In this document: one piece after another, positions 30,726 to 41,599 of the stretch | How positions within the stretch are numbered: position 1 is the stretch's first letter | How the letters are laid out: each line of letters opens with the position of its first letter | DNA from: Anaerohalosphaeraceae bacterium | GTDB taxonomy: Bacteria; Planctomycetota; Phycisphaerae; Sedimentisphaerales; Anaerohalosphaeraceae | Direction of reading: 5' to 3' | DNA: 64,000 bases | NCBI GenBank assembly: GCA_050309605.1 | Contig: JBNRMN010000010.1 | Coordinates: forward strand, 1 to 64,000 | Program-made: the position numbers and the translations under genes | The notes under the pieces: generated by a model | Seen by the model: only the letters and a program-made list of their open reading frames with translations | Told to the model about the DNA's origin: nothing | The model's database searches: none

Positions 30726-33238
30726 TTCAAAGAGGATGGCCGGTTTATGTACTGGTATGGATGTTGCCGTTCGGTGTGGTTCATCTTTTTGCAGAGGGGA
30801 AAAATGATTTATCGGCCGGTGTTGAAGGGAATCTCGAAAATGAATCGGCGTTGCGACTTTGGTATGATCAGCCTGCGGGAAAATGGGACGAAGCACTGCC
30901 GCTCGGCAACGGGCGGCTGGGTGCGATGATGTTCGGCGGCACGACCGTCGAACGATTTCAGTTGAATGAAGAGACGCTCTATTCGGGCTATCCCGGCTAT
31001 CGGGATCAGCCTTTGAAAATCGGCGAAACGCTGGATGACGTCTCGGCCATGATTGCCCGTCGGCAATTTGCCGAGGCCGATCAGTATATAACCCGTCACT
31101 GGCTCGGCGGCGCACAGGCCTGTTATCAGCCGCTGGGTGATTTATACCTGGATTTTGTACCCTCCGGACAGGTCGTCGATTACCGTCGCGAGCTCGATCT
31201 GGCGACCGCGGTTTATCGGGTGGTGTATCGGCAGGATGATGTCGTCTATACGCGCGAGGCGTTTATAAGTCATCCCGACCAGGTGCTGGTGGTGCGTCTG
31301 ACAGCGGATACCCCCGGACGGATTTCATTTTCGGTTCGACTGACCTCGCCGCACCCGACCGCCCGGAGCACTGTCGAAGGTCCTTCCGGCTTGCGTTTGT
31401 CCGGCCAAGCGCCCGGCGCGGCGCTGCGGCGCACACTCGAATGGGTCGAAGAAAGAAATGAAACATATAAATACCCTTTGCTCTGGGACGAGCAGGGAAA
31501 TCGGCGTCATGGTGATAAAACGGTTCTTTATGGAGCCGAGGCTGACAACGAGGGGATGTTCTTCAGTGCGCATCTGCACATTCAAATGACCGGCGGCCGG
31601 CTTACCTCGCAATCCGGCATGCTGACGATACATAATGCCGATGCGGCGGAACTTCGTCTGGCCGCTGCAACAAGTTTCAACGGGTTTAACAAAAACCCTG
31701 TCCGTGAGGGCATCGATCCTTCGGCGATAACGAATCAACGACTTCAGGCTGCCAGCCGCTATTCGTATGCCGGTCTGCGACAGCGCCACATTCAGGATTA
31801 CAAGCCATTATTTGATCGCGTCGCACTCCGAATCGGCCAAGTCGGTTCGGAGGCTTCTTTGCCGACCGATCAACGTATTGCACTGGCCGGGCAGGGTCGA
31901 GATCCGGGCCTGATGGTTCTGTATTTTCAGTTCGGTCGTTATCTGATGATTGCCGGCTCGCGTTCGGGAACGCAGCCGCTTAATCTTCAGGGCATCTGGA
32001 ATCCGCACATCATTCCTCCCTGGGCCAGCGCTTATACGATGAATATCAACACCCAGATGAATTACTGGCCAGCGGAGGTAACCAATCTTTCAGAGTGTTT
32101 TGAACCGCTGCTTCGGCTGACGCGCGAGTTGGCCGTTGACGGACGACAAGTCGCCCGCGAGGTGTACGGGATGAACGGCTGGGCAGCACATCACAACACG
32201 AGTATTTGGCGATGCGCCCAACCTGTGGATTTTGTCGCACGCACGGCTTATTGGCCGCTGAGTTCCGGCTGGCTGTGTCAGCATTTATATGATCATTATC
32301 TGTTTAACGGCGATCTAGACTATTTGCGTAAACAGGCCTGGCCGCTGATGAAGGGCGCCTGTGCCTTTTATCTGGACTGGCTTGTTGAAGATGACGACGG
32401 AGCCTTGGTCACGCCCGTCAGCACGTCGCCCGAAAATGTATTTTCCTATATCGACGCTGACGGAAGCCGCCGGCAAGCCAGTGTGAGTCAGGGGGCAACG
32501 ATGGATATGACCATTATTCGGGAGCTGTTTACCAATACGCTGCAAGCCGCTGAGCAGCTTAATGTTGAGCCGCAGTTTCGCCGCAGGCTTCGCCAAGTCC
32601 TGCCCTTGCTGAAACCCATTCAGATCGGCAGACAGGGGCAGATTCTTGAATGGCAGGAAGAGTTCGACGAACCCAGCCCGACGCACCGTCATATCTCACA
32701 TTTATACGGTCTTCATCCCGGCAATCAGATTACGCCGCGTCACACACCTGAGTTGGTCGCGGCGGCACGAAAAACGCTTGAGACTCGAGGCGACGGCGGC
32801 ACCGGCTGGAGCAAAGCATGGAAGGTTAATTTCTGGGCGCGTCTGGAAGACGGCGACCATGCGTATAAGATGCTCTGTGAACTGTTGGCCGGCTCTACAA
32901 TGCCGAATCTGTTCGATACGCATCCACCGTTCCAGATCGACGGCAATTTCGGCGGTACAGCGGGCATCGCAGAAATGCTGCTGCATAGTCATGCCGGAGA
33001 AGTTGTTCTGCTGCCGGCATTGCCCTCAGCGTGGCCTGCAGGTTCGTTCAAGGGGCTGCGTGCCCGCGGCGGTTTTGAAATAAATATCGACTGGCAAGCC
33101 GGTAAAATGACATCGGCTCGCATTGTTTCGCTTCTGGGCAATTCGTTGACGCTCCGTTACGGCGATGTTGTTGTTACCTGCGATACCAAGCCCGGCCAGA
33201 CAATGACGTTCGATGCAAATCTGAAATACATCCCGTGA
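30719..33238 (+). CDS. GH95 alpha-L-fucosidase family protein
   Basis: [69 protein letters not shown] and PFQIDGNFG. Confidence 0.92.
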   Translation: MVIQRGWPVYVLVWMLPFGVVHLFAEGKNDLSAGVEGNLENESALRLWYDQPAGKWDEALPLGNGRLGAMMFGGTTVERFQLNEETLYSGYPGYRDQPLKIGETLDDVSAMIARRQFAEADQYITRHWLGGAQACYQPLGDLYLDFVPSGQVVDYRRELDLATAVYRVVYRQDDVVYTREAFISHPDQVLVVRLTADTPGRISFSVRLTSPHPTARSTVEGPSGLRLSGQAPGAALRRTLEWVEERNETYKYPLLWDEQGNRRHGDKTVLYGAEADNEGMFFSAHLHIQMTGGRLTSQSGMLTIHNADAAELRLAAATSFNGFNKNPVREGIDPSAITNQRLQAASRYSYAGLRQRHIQDYKPLFDRVALRIGQVGSEASLPTDQRIALAGQGRDPGLMVLYFQFGRYLMIAGSRSGTQPLNLQGIWNPHIIPPWASAYTMNINTQMNYWPAEVTNLSECFEPLLRLTRELAVDGRQVAREVYGMNGWAAHHNTSIWRCAQPVDFVARTAYWPLSSGWLCQHLYDHYLFNGDLDYLRKQAWPLMKGACAFYLDWLVEDDDGALVTPVSTSPENVFSYIDADGSRRQASVSQGATMDMTIIRELFTNTLQAAEQLNVEPQFRRRLRQVLPLLKPIQIGRQGQILEWQEEFDEPSPTHRHISHLYGLHPGNQITPRHTPELVAAARKTLETRGDGGTGWSKAWKVNFWARLEDGDHAYKMLCELLAGSTMPNLFDTHPPFQIDGNFGGTAGIAEMLLHSHAGEVVLLPALPSAWPAGSFKGLRARGGFEINIDWQAGKMTSARIVSLLGNSLTLRYGDVVVTCDTKPGQTMTFDANLKYIP

Positions 33239-33307
33239 TTTCGTGTTGCACGAAACACGGTTTGATAAACGAATCAAGAATCAACGAGACAAGAGAAAGG
33301 CAAATCG

Positions 33308-36300
33308 ATGAACAGGACGGTAGGTATTTTTCTGAGTATGTTAACGGTCTTGATTGTGTATGGCGGAACTGTTAAAGCGGCTTCGAATACCTCTCTACGG
33401 CTGACGGATAACTGGGAATTTGTACGCGGCGATTTGGGCGGCGTATGGGAGGCGCTTCGCAGCGACCGGTTAAGCAACAGCCTGCCGGTCTGGCAAAAAG
33501 TCTCTCTGCCGCATTGTTATAACGCTTTCGATTCGGTCGATCCGGATGGGCCCTATTATCAGGGACCGGCCTGGTATCGCACGCAATTAACAATTGACAA
33601 CCCCTGGCCCGATGGACGCACGCTGCTTGTGTTTGAAGGCGCCGGCCAAAAGACCGAGGTCTATATTGACACCCAAAAAGTCGGCGATCATATCGGCGGA
33701 TATGATGCCTTTACACTTGATATTACCGATGCCGTCAACACGTATCAACAATCGCCGCATTATCAACAGGCCTCCGCCGACCGATACATCCGTCCGGGCC
33801 TGATTCCGCTGACGGTACGCTGTGAGAACACCCGCGATCTGGAAATGATTCCGTCCGATCTGAGCGACTTCAATCTCTACGGCGGGCTGTATCGCCACGT
33901 TCACCTGGTCTATGAACCGGCGATCTCATTGGAACAGATACACATCAAAACCGAACGACAGCCTTCGGACAATGAATGGCTCGTCAGCGTCGAAGGACGG
34001 GTGTACAATCCTCTGCGATTTAACAAGAAGACGACGGCAACCGTTCGCCTCTTTGCTCCGGACGGTGAGCTGGTTTTTACGACGCAGACCGATGTTTCGT
34101 CTTTACAAAGCACCCAGATACTTGCCCGATCAAAACTGATCGATCCGGCGCTATGGTCCACACAGAAGCCGCATCTGTATCGGTGTGAGGTCGTGCTGCA
34201 AAGCCCGCGCAGTCACTCCATCATCAACGAGCGATTCGGTTTTCGCTGGTTTGAGTTTGCCGAAAAGGGACCTTTTTATCTGAATGGTGAGCGTCTGCTG
34301 CTTCGGGGGACTCATCGCCACGAAGATCATGCGGGTCTGGCCGCTGCAATGACGGACGACTTGATGGAAAAAGAAATCCGTCTGATGAAAGCCATGGGCG
34401 TCAACTTCCTCCGACTGGGGCACTATCCGCAGTCGCGTCATGTGCTGCATCTGTGCGACGAGCTGGGTATCCTCGTCTGGGAGGAAATTCCCTGGTGTCG
34501 CGGCGGTCTCGGCGGTGAGCGTTATCAACAGCAGGCGCGCGACATGCTGCGGGCGATGATCGATCAGCATCGCAACCATCCGTCTGTGATCATCTGGGGG
34601 CTGGGCAATGAGAACGACTGGCCCGGTGATTTTGAAACATTCGACCGGGAGCAGATACGCGGCTTTATGCGCGAGCTGCATGAACTGGCACACCGGTTGG
34701 ATCCGCAGCGCAAAACCGCGATTCGGCGATGCGCCTTTTGCAGCGATATTGTGGATGTCTATTCGCCGTCCATCTGGGCGGGCTGGTATCGGGGTCGATT
34801 CATCGAATACAAAGACGTCTCCGAAAGCGAAATGCAGAAGGTCAATCATTTTCTGCATGTCGAATGGGGCGGCGACAGCCACGCAGGCCGACACGCCGAA
34901 AATCCGTATATTTATCTGGCGGACGTGGCCGCGACCGGACAGGCCGACGAACGCGGCATGGATTTTATGATGACCGGCGGACAGGCCCGCGCCTCCCGCG
35001 ACGGCGACTGGTCGGAAAGCTACATCTGCGATCTGATTGATTGGCACCTGAAGGAGCAGGAAACGATGGACTGGCTGACGGGTACGGCGTTCTGGATCTT
35101 CAAGGATTTCTCCACGCCGCTGCGACCGGATAACCCGGTGCCGTTTATGAACCAAAAAGGCGCTGTCGAACGCGATCTGACGCCGAAAGAGGCGTATTAC
35201 GTTTATCAATCCTACTGGACCGAGACGCCGATGGTCCATCTCTATGCCCATAACTGGCCGGTGCGGTGGGGGGCTTCGAACGAGCGCAAGACGGTTAAAG
35301 TCTATTCCAATTGTCCGAACGTTGAGCTGTTTGTCAACGGCCGATCCGCAGGCGTAAAACAGCGAAACAGTCAGGATTATCCCGCCGCCGGGCTGCGATG
35401 GTCGGTTGCTTTCCGAAGCGGGATGAACCATTTACGAGCCGTCGCCCGAAAGGATGGGGTTAACGTGTCCGATGAGATCGTCTTTCGTTATGAAACGCGG
35501 CGCTGGGGGGACCCGGCGCGTTTGACGCTGAAGATCGTTGACCGCTCGGATGATCATGCGGTAATTGAAACCACTTTGCTGGATGAAAATGGCGTCATCT
35601 GTCTGGACAGCCGTCAGTTCGTGCGATTGGGTCTGACCGGCGACGGCACGTTGCTGGATAATCTCGGCACCTCCCGCGGTGCACGTAAGGTTCAGTTGTA
35701 TAACGGCCGGGCGCAAATCAGTGTGCGTCTCAACGGCGGACAGTCTGTCGCCTCGGTATCCACCGACGGATGCCCAACGACGTTTCTGGAGATCGGTCCT
35801 GATCCGATGAACACGACATTGAAAGAGACGCCGCGAGCGGAACGGGCCTCGGCGGCGGCGCGCATAGACCGTGAACGTATCCTGAAATTGGCCGAATCCT
35901 ATATGTCGATTGAACCGATTTCGTTGCGCGATTATCCGGCTCCAGCCGATTATGTCGGCCCCGGCGACTTTTATTCGATGGGAGATTACTGGTGGCCCAA
36001 TCCCGATACCGAAGACGGATTGCCTTATGTCCAGCGAGACGGCCAGTCCAATCCCGATAATTTTACCGAACATCGGATGGCGGTTCGGAGACTTCGCGAT
36101 GCGGTTGCGGCGCTGGCGGCGGCGTATGCATTGGACGGCAACGAGCGTTTTGCGCAGAAAGCGGTATCGTTGTTAAACACCTTTTTTGTGGATAAAGACA
36201 AACGGATGAATCCTCATTTGCTTTATGCGCAAGCGATTCCCGGAAGAACCCAAGGACGCGGCATCGGGATTATCGACACACTGCATCTGGCGGAAGTGCC

Positions 36301-36976
36301 GCTGGCGATTGAGGCACTGAAAAACTCGGATGCGATGACATTAGAAACTCTGGACGGCCTGAAACAGTGGTTTGCCGACTATGCCGATTGGATGACCACT
36401 CATCCGCAGGGCATTGATGAAATGAATACGGAGAATAATCACGCTGTGGCCTATTTTGTTCAGGTGACAACCTTTGCCCGCTTGGTCGGCGACGAGGAAA
36501 AGCTGGAGTTGGCACGGCGCCGGCTTAAAGAGGTCATTATGCCGTCTCAGATGGCGCAGGACGGCAGCTTCCCGCGCGAGCTGACCCGCACCAAACCCTA
36601 CGGCTATTCCATATTCCAGTTGGACAATATGAGTCTGTTGTGTGAACTGCTTTCGACTGAGCAGGACAATCTCTGGGTATTCACACTTCCCGACGGACGA
36701 AATATGCAAAAAGCGATGGAATTATTATTTCCCTATTTGAAGGACAAGTCGCAATGGCCGTATCGCGCGGACATTGAGCATTTCGAAGATTGGCCTGTTC
36801 GTCAGCCTTGCCTGCTTCTGGCCGGATACGCCTTCGGACGGCCGGATTATCTGTCGCTGTGGAAGACGCTGGATCCCGACCCGACGAATTTGGAAGTGCA
36901 GCGGAATATGGCGGTTACCCAGCCGCTGCTGTGGCTGCTCAGAGCCGAGGATGTACCGCTGCTGAAAGCCAACTAA
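33308..36976 (+). CDS. fusion of GH2 (with DUF4982-like domain) and a C-terminal alginate-lyase-family (alpha/alpha toroid) domain
   Basis: [38 protein letters not shown] (GH2). After ~35850: YWWPNP..DGLPY..RDG..NP, NNH and DGS.PREL.RT.P..YS. Confidence 0.85.
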   Translation: MNRTVGIFLSMLTVLIVYGGTVKAASNTSLRLTDNWEFVRGDLGGVWEALRSDRLSNSLPVWQKVSLPHCYNAFDSVDPDGPYYQGPAWYRTQLTIDNPWPDGRTLLVFEGAGQKTEVYIDTQKVGDHIGGYDAFTLDITDAVNTYQQSPHYQQASADRYIRPGLIPLTVRCENTRDLEMIPSDLSDFNLYGGLYRHVHLVYEPAISLEQIHIKTERQPSDNEWLVSVEGRVYNPLRFNKKTTATVRLFAPDGELVFTTQTDVSSLQSTQILARSKLIDPALWSTQKPHLYRCEVVLQSPRSHSIINERFGFRWFEFAEKGPFYLNGERLLLRGTHRHEDHAGLAAAMTDDLMEKEIRLMKAMGVNFLRLGHYPQSRHVLHLCDELGILVWEEIPWCRGGLGGERYQQQARDMLRAMIDQHRNHPSVIIWGLGNENDWPGDFETFDREQIRGFMRELHELAHRLDPQRKTAIRRCAFCSDIVDVYSPSIWAGWYRGRFIEYKDVSESEMQKVNHFLHVEWGGDSHAGRHAENPYIYLADVAATGQADERGMDFMMTGGQARASRDGDWSESYICDLIDWHLKEQETMDWLTGTAFWIFKDFSTPLRPDNPVPFMNQKGAVERDLTPKEAYYVYQSYWTETPMVHLYAHNWPVRWGASNERKTVKVYSNCPNVELFVNGRSAGVKQRNSQDYPAAGLRWSVAFRSGMNHLRAVARKDGVNVSDEIVFRYETRRWGDPARLTLKIVDRSDDHAVIETTLLDENGVICLDSRQFVRLGLTGDGTLLDNLGTSRGARKVQLYNGRAQISVRLNGGQSVASVSTDGCPTTFLEIGPDPMNTTLKETPRAERASAAARIDRERILKLAESYMSIEPISLRDYPAPADYVGPGDFYSMGDYWWPNPDTEDGLPYVQRDGQSNPDNFTEHRMAVRRLRDAVAALAAAYALDGNERFAQKAVSLLNTFFVDKDKRMNPHLLYAQAIPGRTQGRGIGIIDTLHLAEVPLAIEALKNSDAMTLETLDGLKQWFADYADWMTTHPQGIDEMNTENNHAVAYFVQVTTFARLVGDEEKLELARRRLKEVIMPSQMAQDGSFPRELTRTKPYGYSIFQLDNMSLLCELLSTEQDNLWVFTLPDGRNMQKAMELLFPYLKDKSQWPYRADIEHFEDWPVRQPCLLLAGYAFGRPDYLSLWKTLDPDPTNLEVQRNMAVTQPLLWLLRAEDVPLLKAN

Positions 36977-37032
36977 AAAACAAAGGTGTGCAGAAACCCA
37001 AGAAATCAAAGAGTCTGCGAAGGGTATTTCAG

Positions 37033-37892
37033 ATGACTTACAGAATTGCGCATTCTGCTCGAGTATCCGTTCTGCTGAGTGTGGTTTTCATAGCAGTCAT
37101 TCAGACTTGTGCGACTGCCGATACACTGCCGGACGACCTTCAATTAACAGAACGTCAGAAGAAGCCTGACTTGGTGTGGTGGCGTGAATCGATGAAAACC
37201 CGCGACCAGCGGCTGGCGTGGTGGGAGGATGCACGTTTCGGCATGTTCATTCACTGGGGTGTTTATTCCGAACCCGGCGGCGAATGGAAGGGAAGACCGG
37301 TCGGCGGTTACGCTGAACACCTGATGCGCAAGTGCAAAATTCCCCGCGCCGAGTAGATCGAACGACAAAAATCGAACTGGCCGCAGAGCGCATAGACGGC
37401 CCGGATGTTCGGATTGTCATCCCGGCTCAGATGCCGCATCCCGCCGACAGTGTCATTGAGGTGATTTTTGAGGGCGAACCAGTCGTTTCAAAATCTCGAC
37501 TTCTTGATCCGGCGGCTCCGCTTAACCGGCTGCACGTGTTTGACAGCGACCACCACGACGGTGTACGCTTTATGGATGGCAAGGCCAACCGCGATTGTAC
37601 GCTGGGATGGAATAATCCCGACACGGCCATTATCTGGAATGTCCGTCTCGATACTCCCGCTTTATTTGATCTTCAGGCGGTCGGCATTCATGGGGCACAG
37701 GGCGGCGGAACTATCGAACTTAAGATAGGTGAACATCTTTTTTTCGGCACGCTTAATGGTAACAATGCAGATATTCCGCTTGGCCGAATTGATCTTGCGG
37801 CCGGAACACATTATATTCGTCTTCGTCCCTTAACGACGGACGGCACTGATGCAATCCAACTGCGTTGCGTCGATCTGATAACCGTACGATAA
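37033..37892 (+). pseudogene. GH29 alpha-L-fucosidase pseudogene with internal deletion and frameshift
   Basis: Signal peptide and [17 protein letters not shown]...YAEH, stopping at TAG 37354-37356. Another frame resumes at 37356 with a C-terminal beta-sandwich region. The WFDG catalytic part is absent. Confidence 0.8.
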
Positions 37893-37921
37893 TCCGCTGA
37901 TTGGCGTCTCACGGCAAGGGG

Positions 37922-38959
37922 TCAGCGTTCAACGACGGCTTTGCCGATTGTTTTTAATTGGTCCAGATAGGGTTCGGGTATCAACCCGTCGGGCCGGACG
38001 GGAACGTCCCAGGTCACGCAGCCGCCGACGTCGATGATCCGGCGAGTCCAGGGAATGACGACGGCTTCAAGGTCCTCGTAACGCGGCTTGCCGGTGCCCC
38101 ATTTTTGACCGAGATAGCTGAGTTTATGGACGCGCGCACCATCGACCCGGCCGTCCGCTTCAATACGCCACAATCGGGAAGTCTCAATCTCGTTGATTTC
38201 ACCACCTATATAATCCTCATGGGGCGTAATGGAAAGGACGCGGTCAATGACGCCGCGGTTGAAGGCTACCGCGCTGCGGGAATTTCCTGCACGTGCCGCA
38301 GCGGCGAAACTTTCGAAGTTGGGCGCATCGGGATGGCGATACATCGCATTGGGCCAGTAGCAGCCGTCAAACCACCAGCCGGCCACATGCTCGCCCCAGC
38401 GCAGCGACCATTCCCGGATGACCTGTTCCCATTTAAGCTGAAATTCCCGGTTGCGATGGGGGCCGGAATGGTACTCCAGGGCTTCCACGGCAACCCGATC
38501 GCGTCCCGGCGCCCCGGAAGGCAGATAGGCGATGAGTTTGATGTTGTATTTTTGCAGAGCCTTGGCCGTGTCAAGTATTAAGTCGCGTCGTGAGCACTTG
38601 CTTGGATGAATACCGACAAGTCTGTCATACGTTGTGTTGGGCGAAAGGGTGTAGCCCGAATTTTGTCCCACGGTCAGGATCAGATAGCCTGCTCCGGTGG
38701 AGTGGATTTGCTCGGCCAGCCCTTCGACGTCGAAGTTGTCGATCATTTCATTCCATTTTTCGACGTTCATATCAATCGTGTATTGTCGCGCCATCCAGTC
38801 GGCCAGGTAATGGGTCATCACGCCCCATTGGGCCTCTTTCATCCACACGGTGCGGTCTTCTTCAGCGTTGGCACAAATTGGCGCTGAGGCAAGGATAAGC
38901 AGTGTCATACAGAGAAGCAATGACGATCCGGAATGGGGTACAGGAAACTGCGGTTTCAT
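37922..38959 (-). CDS. GH29-like TIM-barrel glycoside hydrolase
   Basis: Signal peptide, WM....WGVMTHY, FD...A......GAGY, GWWFDGC and GG.VTWDV....DG.I. Confidence 0.65.
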   Translation of the reverse strand: MKPQFPVPHSGSSLLLCMTLLILASAPICANAEEDRTVWMKEAQWGVMTHYLADWMARQYTIDMNVEKWNEMIDNFDVEGLAEQIHSTGAGYLILTVGQNSGYTLSPNTTYDRLVGIHPSKCSRRDLILDTAKALQKYNIKLIAYLPSGAPGRDRVAVEALEYHSGPHRNREFQLKWEQVIREWSLRWGEHVAGWWFDGCYWPNAMYRHPDAPNFESFAAAARAGNSRSAVAFNRGVIDRVLSITPHEDYIGGEINEIETSRLWRIEADGRVDGARVHKLSYLGQKWGTGKPRYEDLEAVVIPWTRRIIDVGGCVTWDVPVRPDGLIPEPYLDQLKTIGKAVVER

Positions 38960-38984
38960 AGTCAATATCTCCCGATTGTAAGGA

Positions 38985-41567
38985 TTAGCGGCTTGTCGGT
39001 ACTATCTGTTTGAATTGTTCGGGCGTTGTCTCGGTGCGAATGATAACAAGGCTCTCTTTCTGCGCGGTGTCAAATTTCAGCAGATCGCCGGAAAGGGTTT
39101 CAGAACGGCTGCCCTTGCGAAACACAATCACGTCCTGTTCGTGCCATGGATTGCGCAGCCGACATTCGCCGCCGTATTGCGAATGTATTTCGACAAACTC
39201 AACTTGGCCGTCTTTCATGGCGGAGCTGACAAGAAACCCGCCTCGACACAACAGCGTGTAGTGGGCATCCCATTCAGCGGGCCAGGCGGGAAAGACGCGA
39301 ATAACAGGGGGTTTTCCGGGGGACGGGGGAACGCTCTGGATCAGCGCGTTATGCAGGGTGTCGGCGGCTCGACCAAGACGCTGGGCGCTGGTGGTTTGCC
39401 GGCCTTCCCGCTGATCCATACGATTGGCCATTACCGGTGCTCGATCAGGAAAAGAAAGCTGGTTCGGAAGCAGGTATCGGACATGGTCAGCTCGTCCCAT
39501 CATAGCGGAAGTAACTCCAAGCTTGGACAGAACACCAATTCGGGTATCTTCATTGATACGGCCACGTCCGTAACCGTTGTAGGTTGCATGTGCAATCTTC
39601 ATTGTTTCCGGATTCTCGTTTTCGAGTGTGCACAGATCAAAGAACCACATCGGCATGGTGTTGCCGTCAGGGCGTCCGGTCCCGCTGCCCTGGACAATCG
39701 GCGGCAGCGCCCGAATCCAGTAGGGGGCCTCGTCAGCACGCCGATCGGATGCTCGTACATCCGGATGGTCGCTGGTCGGCAGCGGCGATAAATGATCGAG
39801 CAGCTCCTGCCAGAGTGGACGCATATCGGTGTCTCTGTCAAGGATTTCAGAAGCTCTGATGACCACCGGAAGAATCCCCATCATCGAGGCGATTTCTTCA
39901 TCGGTGTTGCGTCCGCCCCAGATAGACTCGTTGCTGTTGACATGATGAATATGGTATTTGCCGTCCGCTTCTTTGCGGAGATTGGGATAATGCCGATAGA
40001 ACTCGGCGACCCCTTTCAGTACTGGGTACGCACGATCGGCCAGCCATTTTTCGTCCTGCGTGTATTCATAGCGCAGCCAGTATTGATACGCGATTTTTGC
40101 ACCGCGGGAAAAAATATGCGTTACATGGCCGAAGGGACCGCCTCCCTTTTCCGGATAAATCCAGTACCCGTCTTGCCAGTGTCCGTTTGCTTTCCAGTTC
40201 CAGCGGCTGGCGTGGGGCAACCGATGACGGGCATAGGCGAGAAATGGCTCGGATTTCTGCTGCCAGGGTTTGCGCAACAGGTAAAGTTCCTGCATTTCTT
40301 CGGCAATGTCGTCGGGAAGCTGCGCCAATCCGTCAAAGGAGAGCGTTTCCGGGATGAAAATGCCTTGACTGCCCCATTGCTGGCGGGCGGCCAGCGCGCA
40401 GGATTCCAACATCGACGAATACATATCAAAATGGGGAGCCAGCAACTCCGTATGATTGGCGGCCAAAAGAGCGCTGTTGTACAGACAGCTTTGATTGGCG
40501 CCCCAGTATTGTCCGCCCCACTGGCGCGTATCGCCGCCGGTCGTCCACAGCATCCCGTTGAATTTAGCGGGGAATGTGCCGCGTGAGGTACAAGCCATGA
40601 GATAGAGATAGAAAGTGTAATGCGCTTCAATCATCTCGGCCGTGCCGTCATCACTGGACAAATGCACAAATGAACGGCTCCAGAAATCATGCCACCACAC
40701 CTTGTTTGACGCCGCCAATTGAAGAAATTCCCGCTCGGCGGCATAGTCCAATTGCGTCAGGGCCGCAGAAGTCAGATCGTCTTCGCGATTGAAGCCGGCC
40801 GCAGAGGCGATCAAAACAGTAAACGTTCCCCGGCCCGGCTGTGCCACCAGTTGCCACCGGCGCTCATCCGCCTGCCTGATTTCAGAGTGGCGTCCATAGA
40901 CGCCGACGGCAACCGCAGAACCGCAATAGTAGTCCTCTTCTTCGAATCGTTGGGTCAGGATAATCGCTCCGTCGCGGCTGTTCAGAGTGGAGCGGGCGAC
41001 ATGTCCGGCGGTTCGTCTATCCGGATTGCGCAGCATCCTTAAATTCACGCTGACGGGACCGGGCTGTTTGCGCTGGTCGGTCACGTGCAGGGCGATGACA
41101 TCCTGTTCGTGCCAGGCCAGCGCCTGAATCTGTATATCCTTGCCTTCGACCCGTGCCAGCCCGTCATAACAGGAAAGATGCTGTTGTGTCTGTTCATCGG
41201 TGAAAACAGCGTCTCCGTATTCAATAAACTCCACATCCACAAAACCGGCGCCGCCGCAATAATCGGTGTGGCGCTGGGGGAAATTGCCTGTGGCGCTGCC
41301 GTTGGCGAAGATGTCCACTCGGTTGATCTGCATCTTCAGTGTGGTCGGCGTTGTCCACAACAAGGTCCCCATACGCCCGTTACCGATAGGCATACCCGCC
41401 TCGCTTTGTTCGACGGGTTTGTCGTATCTCAAGTCTGCTCGCGCAACAAGTCGGGCATAGTCCGGCTGAAGCATCCGTGATTCGGCTTGAACGGGTGTCA
41501 GCGATAAGGTCGAGCCGAAAAGCAAAACGATGCACGAATAAATGAGGCGCAGGGCGATTTCATTCAT
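38985..41567 (-). CDS. GH95-like (alpha/alpha)6 glycoside hydrolase, divergent
   Basis: GMPIGNGRMG, WHDFWSRS, YPVLKGVAEFY, IRVFPAWP.EWD and L..RGGFLVSS. Confidence 0.6.
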   Translation of the reverse strand: MNEIALRLIYSCIVLLFGSTLSLTPVQAESRMLQPDYARLVARADLRYDKPVEQSEAGMPIGNGRMGTLLWTTPTTLKMQINRVDIFANGSATGNFPQRHTDYCGGAGFVDVEFIEYGDAVFTDEQTQQHLSCYDGLARVEGKDIQIQALAWHEQDVIALHVTDQRKQPGPVSVNLRMLRNPDRRTAGHVARSTLNSRDGAIILTQRFEEEDYYCGSAVAVGVYGRHSEIRQADERRWQLVAQPGRGTFTVLIASAAGFNREDDLTSAALTQLDYAAEREFLQLAASNKVWWHDFWSRSFVHLSSDDGTAEMIEAHYTFYLYLMACTSRGTFPAKFNGMLWTTGGDTRQWGGQYWGANQSCLYNSALLAANHTELLAPHFDMYSSMLESCALAARQQWGSQGIFIPETLSFDGLAQLPDDIAEEMQELYLLRKPWQQKSEPFLAYARHRLPHASRWNWKANGHWQDGYWIYPEKGGGPFGHVTHIFSRGAKIAYQYWLRYEYTQDEKWLADRAYPVLKGVAEFYRHYPNLRKEADGKYHIHHVNSNESIWGGRNTDEEIASMMGILPVVIRASEILDRDTDMRPLWQELLDHLSPLPTSDHPDVRASDRRADEAPYWIRALPPIVQGSGTGRPDGNTMPMWFFDLCTLENENPETMKIAHATYNGYGRGRINEDTRIGVLSKLGVTSAMMGRADHVRYLLPNQLSFPDRAPVMANRMDQREGRQTTSAQRLGRAADTLHNALIQSVPPSPGKPPVIRVFPAWPAEWDAHYTLLCRGGFLVSSAMKDGQVEFVEIHSQYGGECRLRNPWHEQDVIVFRKGSRSETLSGDLLKFDTAQKESLVIIRTETTPEQFKQIVPTSR

Positions 41568-41599
41568 AGCATTGTTCTCATTGAGTATTCGATCTCGTT

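Noticed and set aside
34151..35431. Long antisense or alternate-frame ORFs (also 19105-20268, 28746-29735, 42842-43882, 52915-53934, 60963-62273)
   Set aside because: They overlap well-supported genes and show no motifs. They are shadows of GC-rich codon bias.
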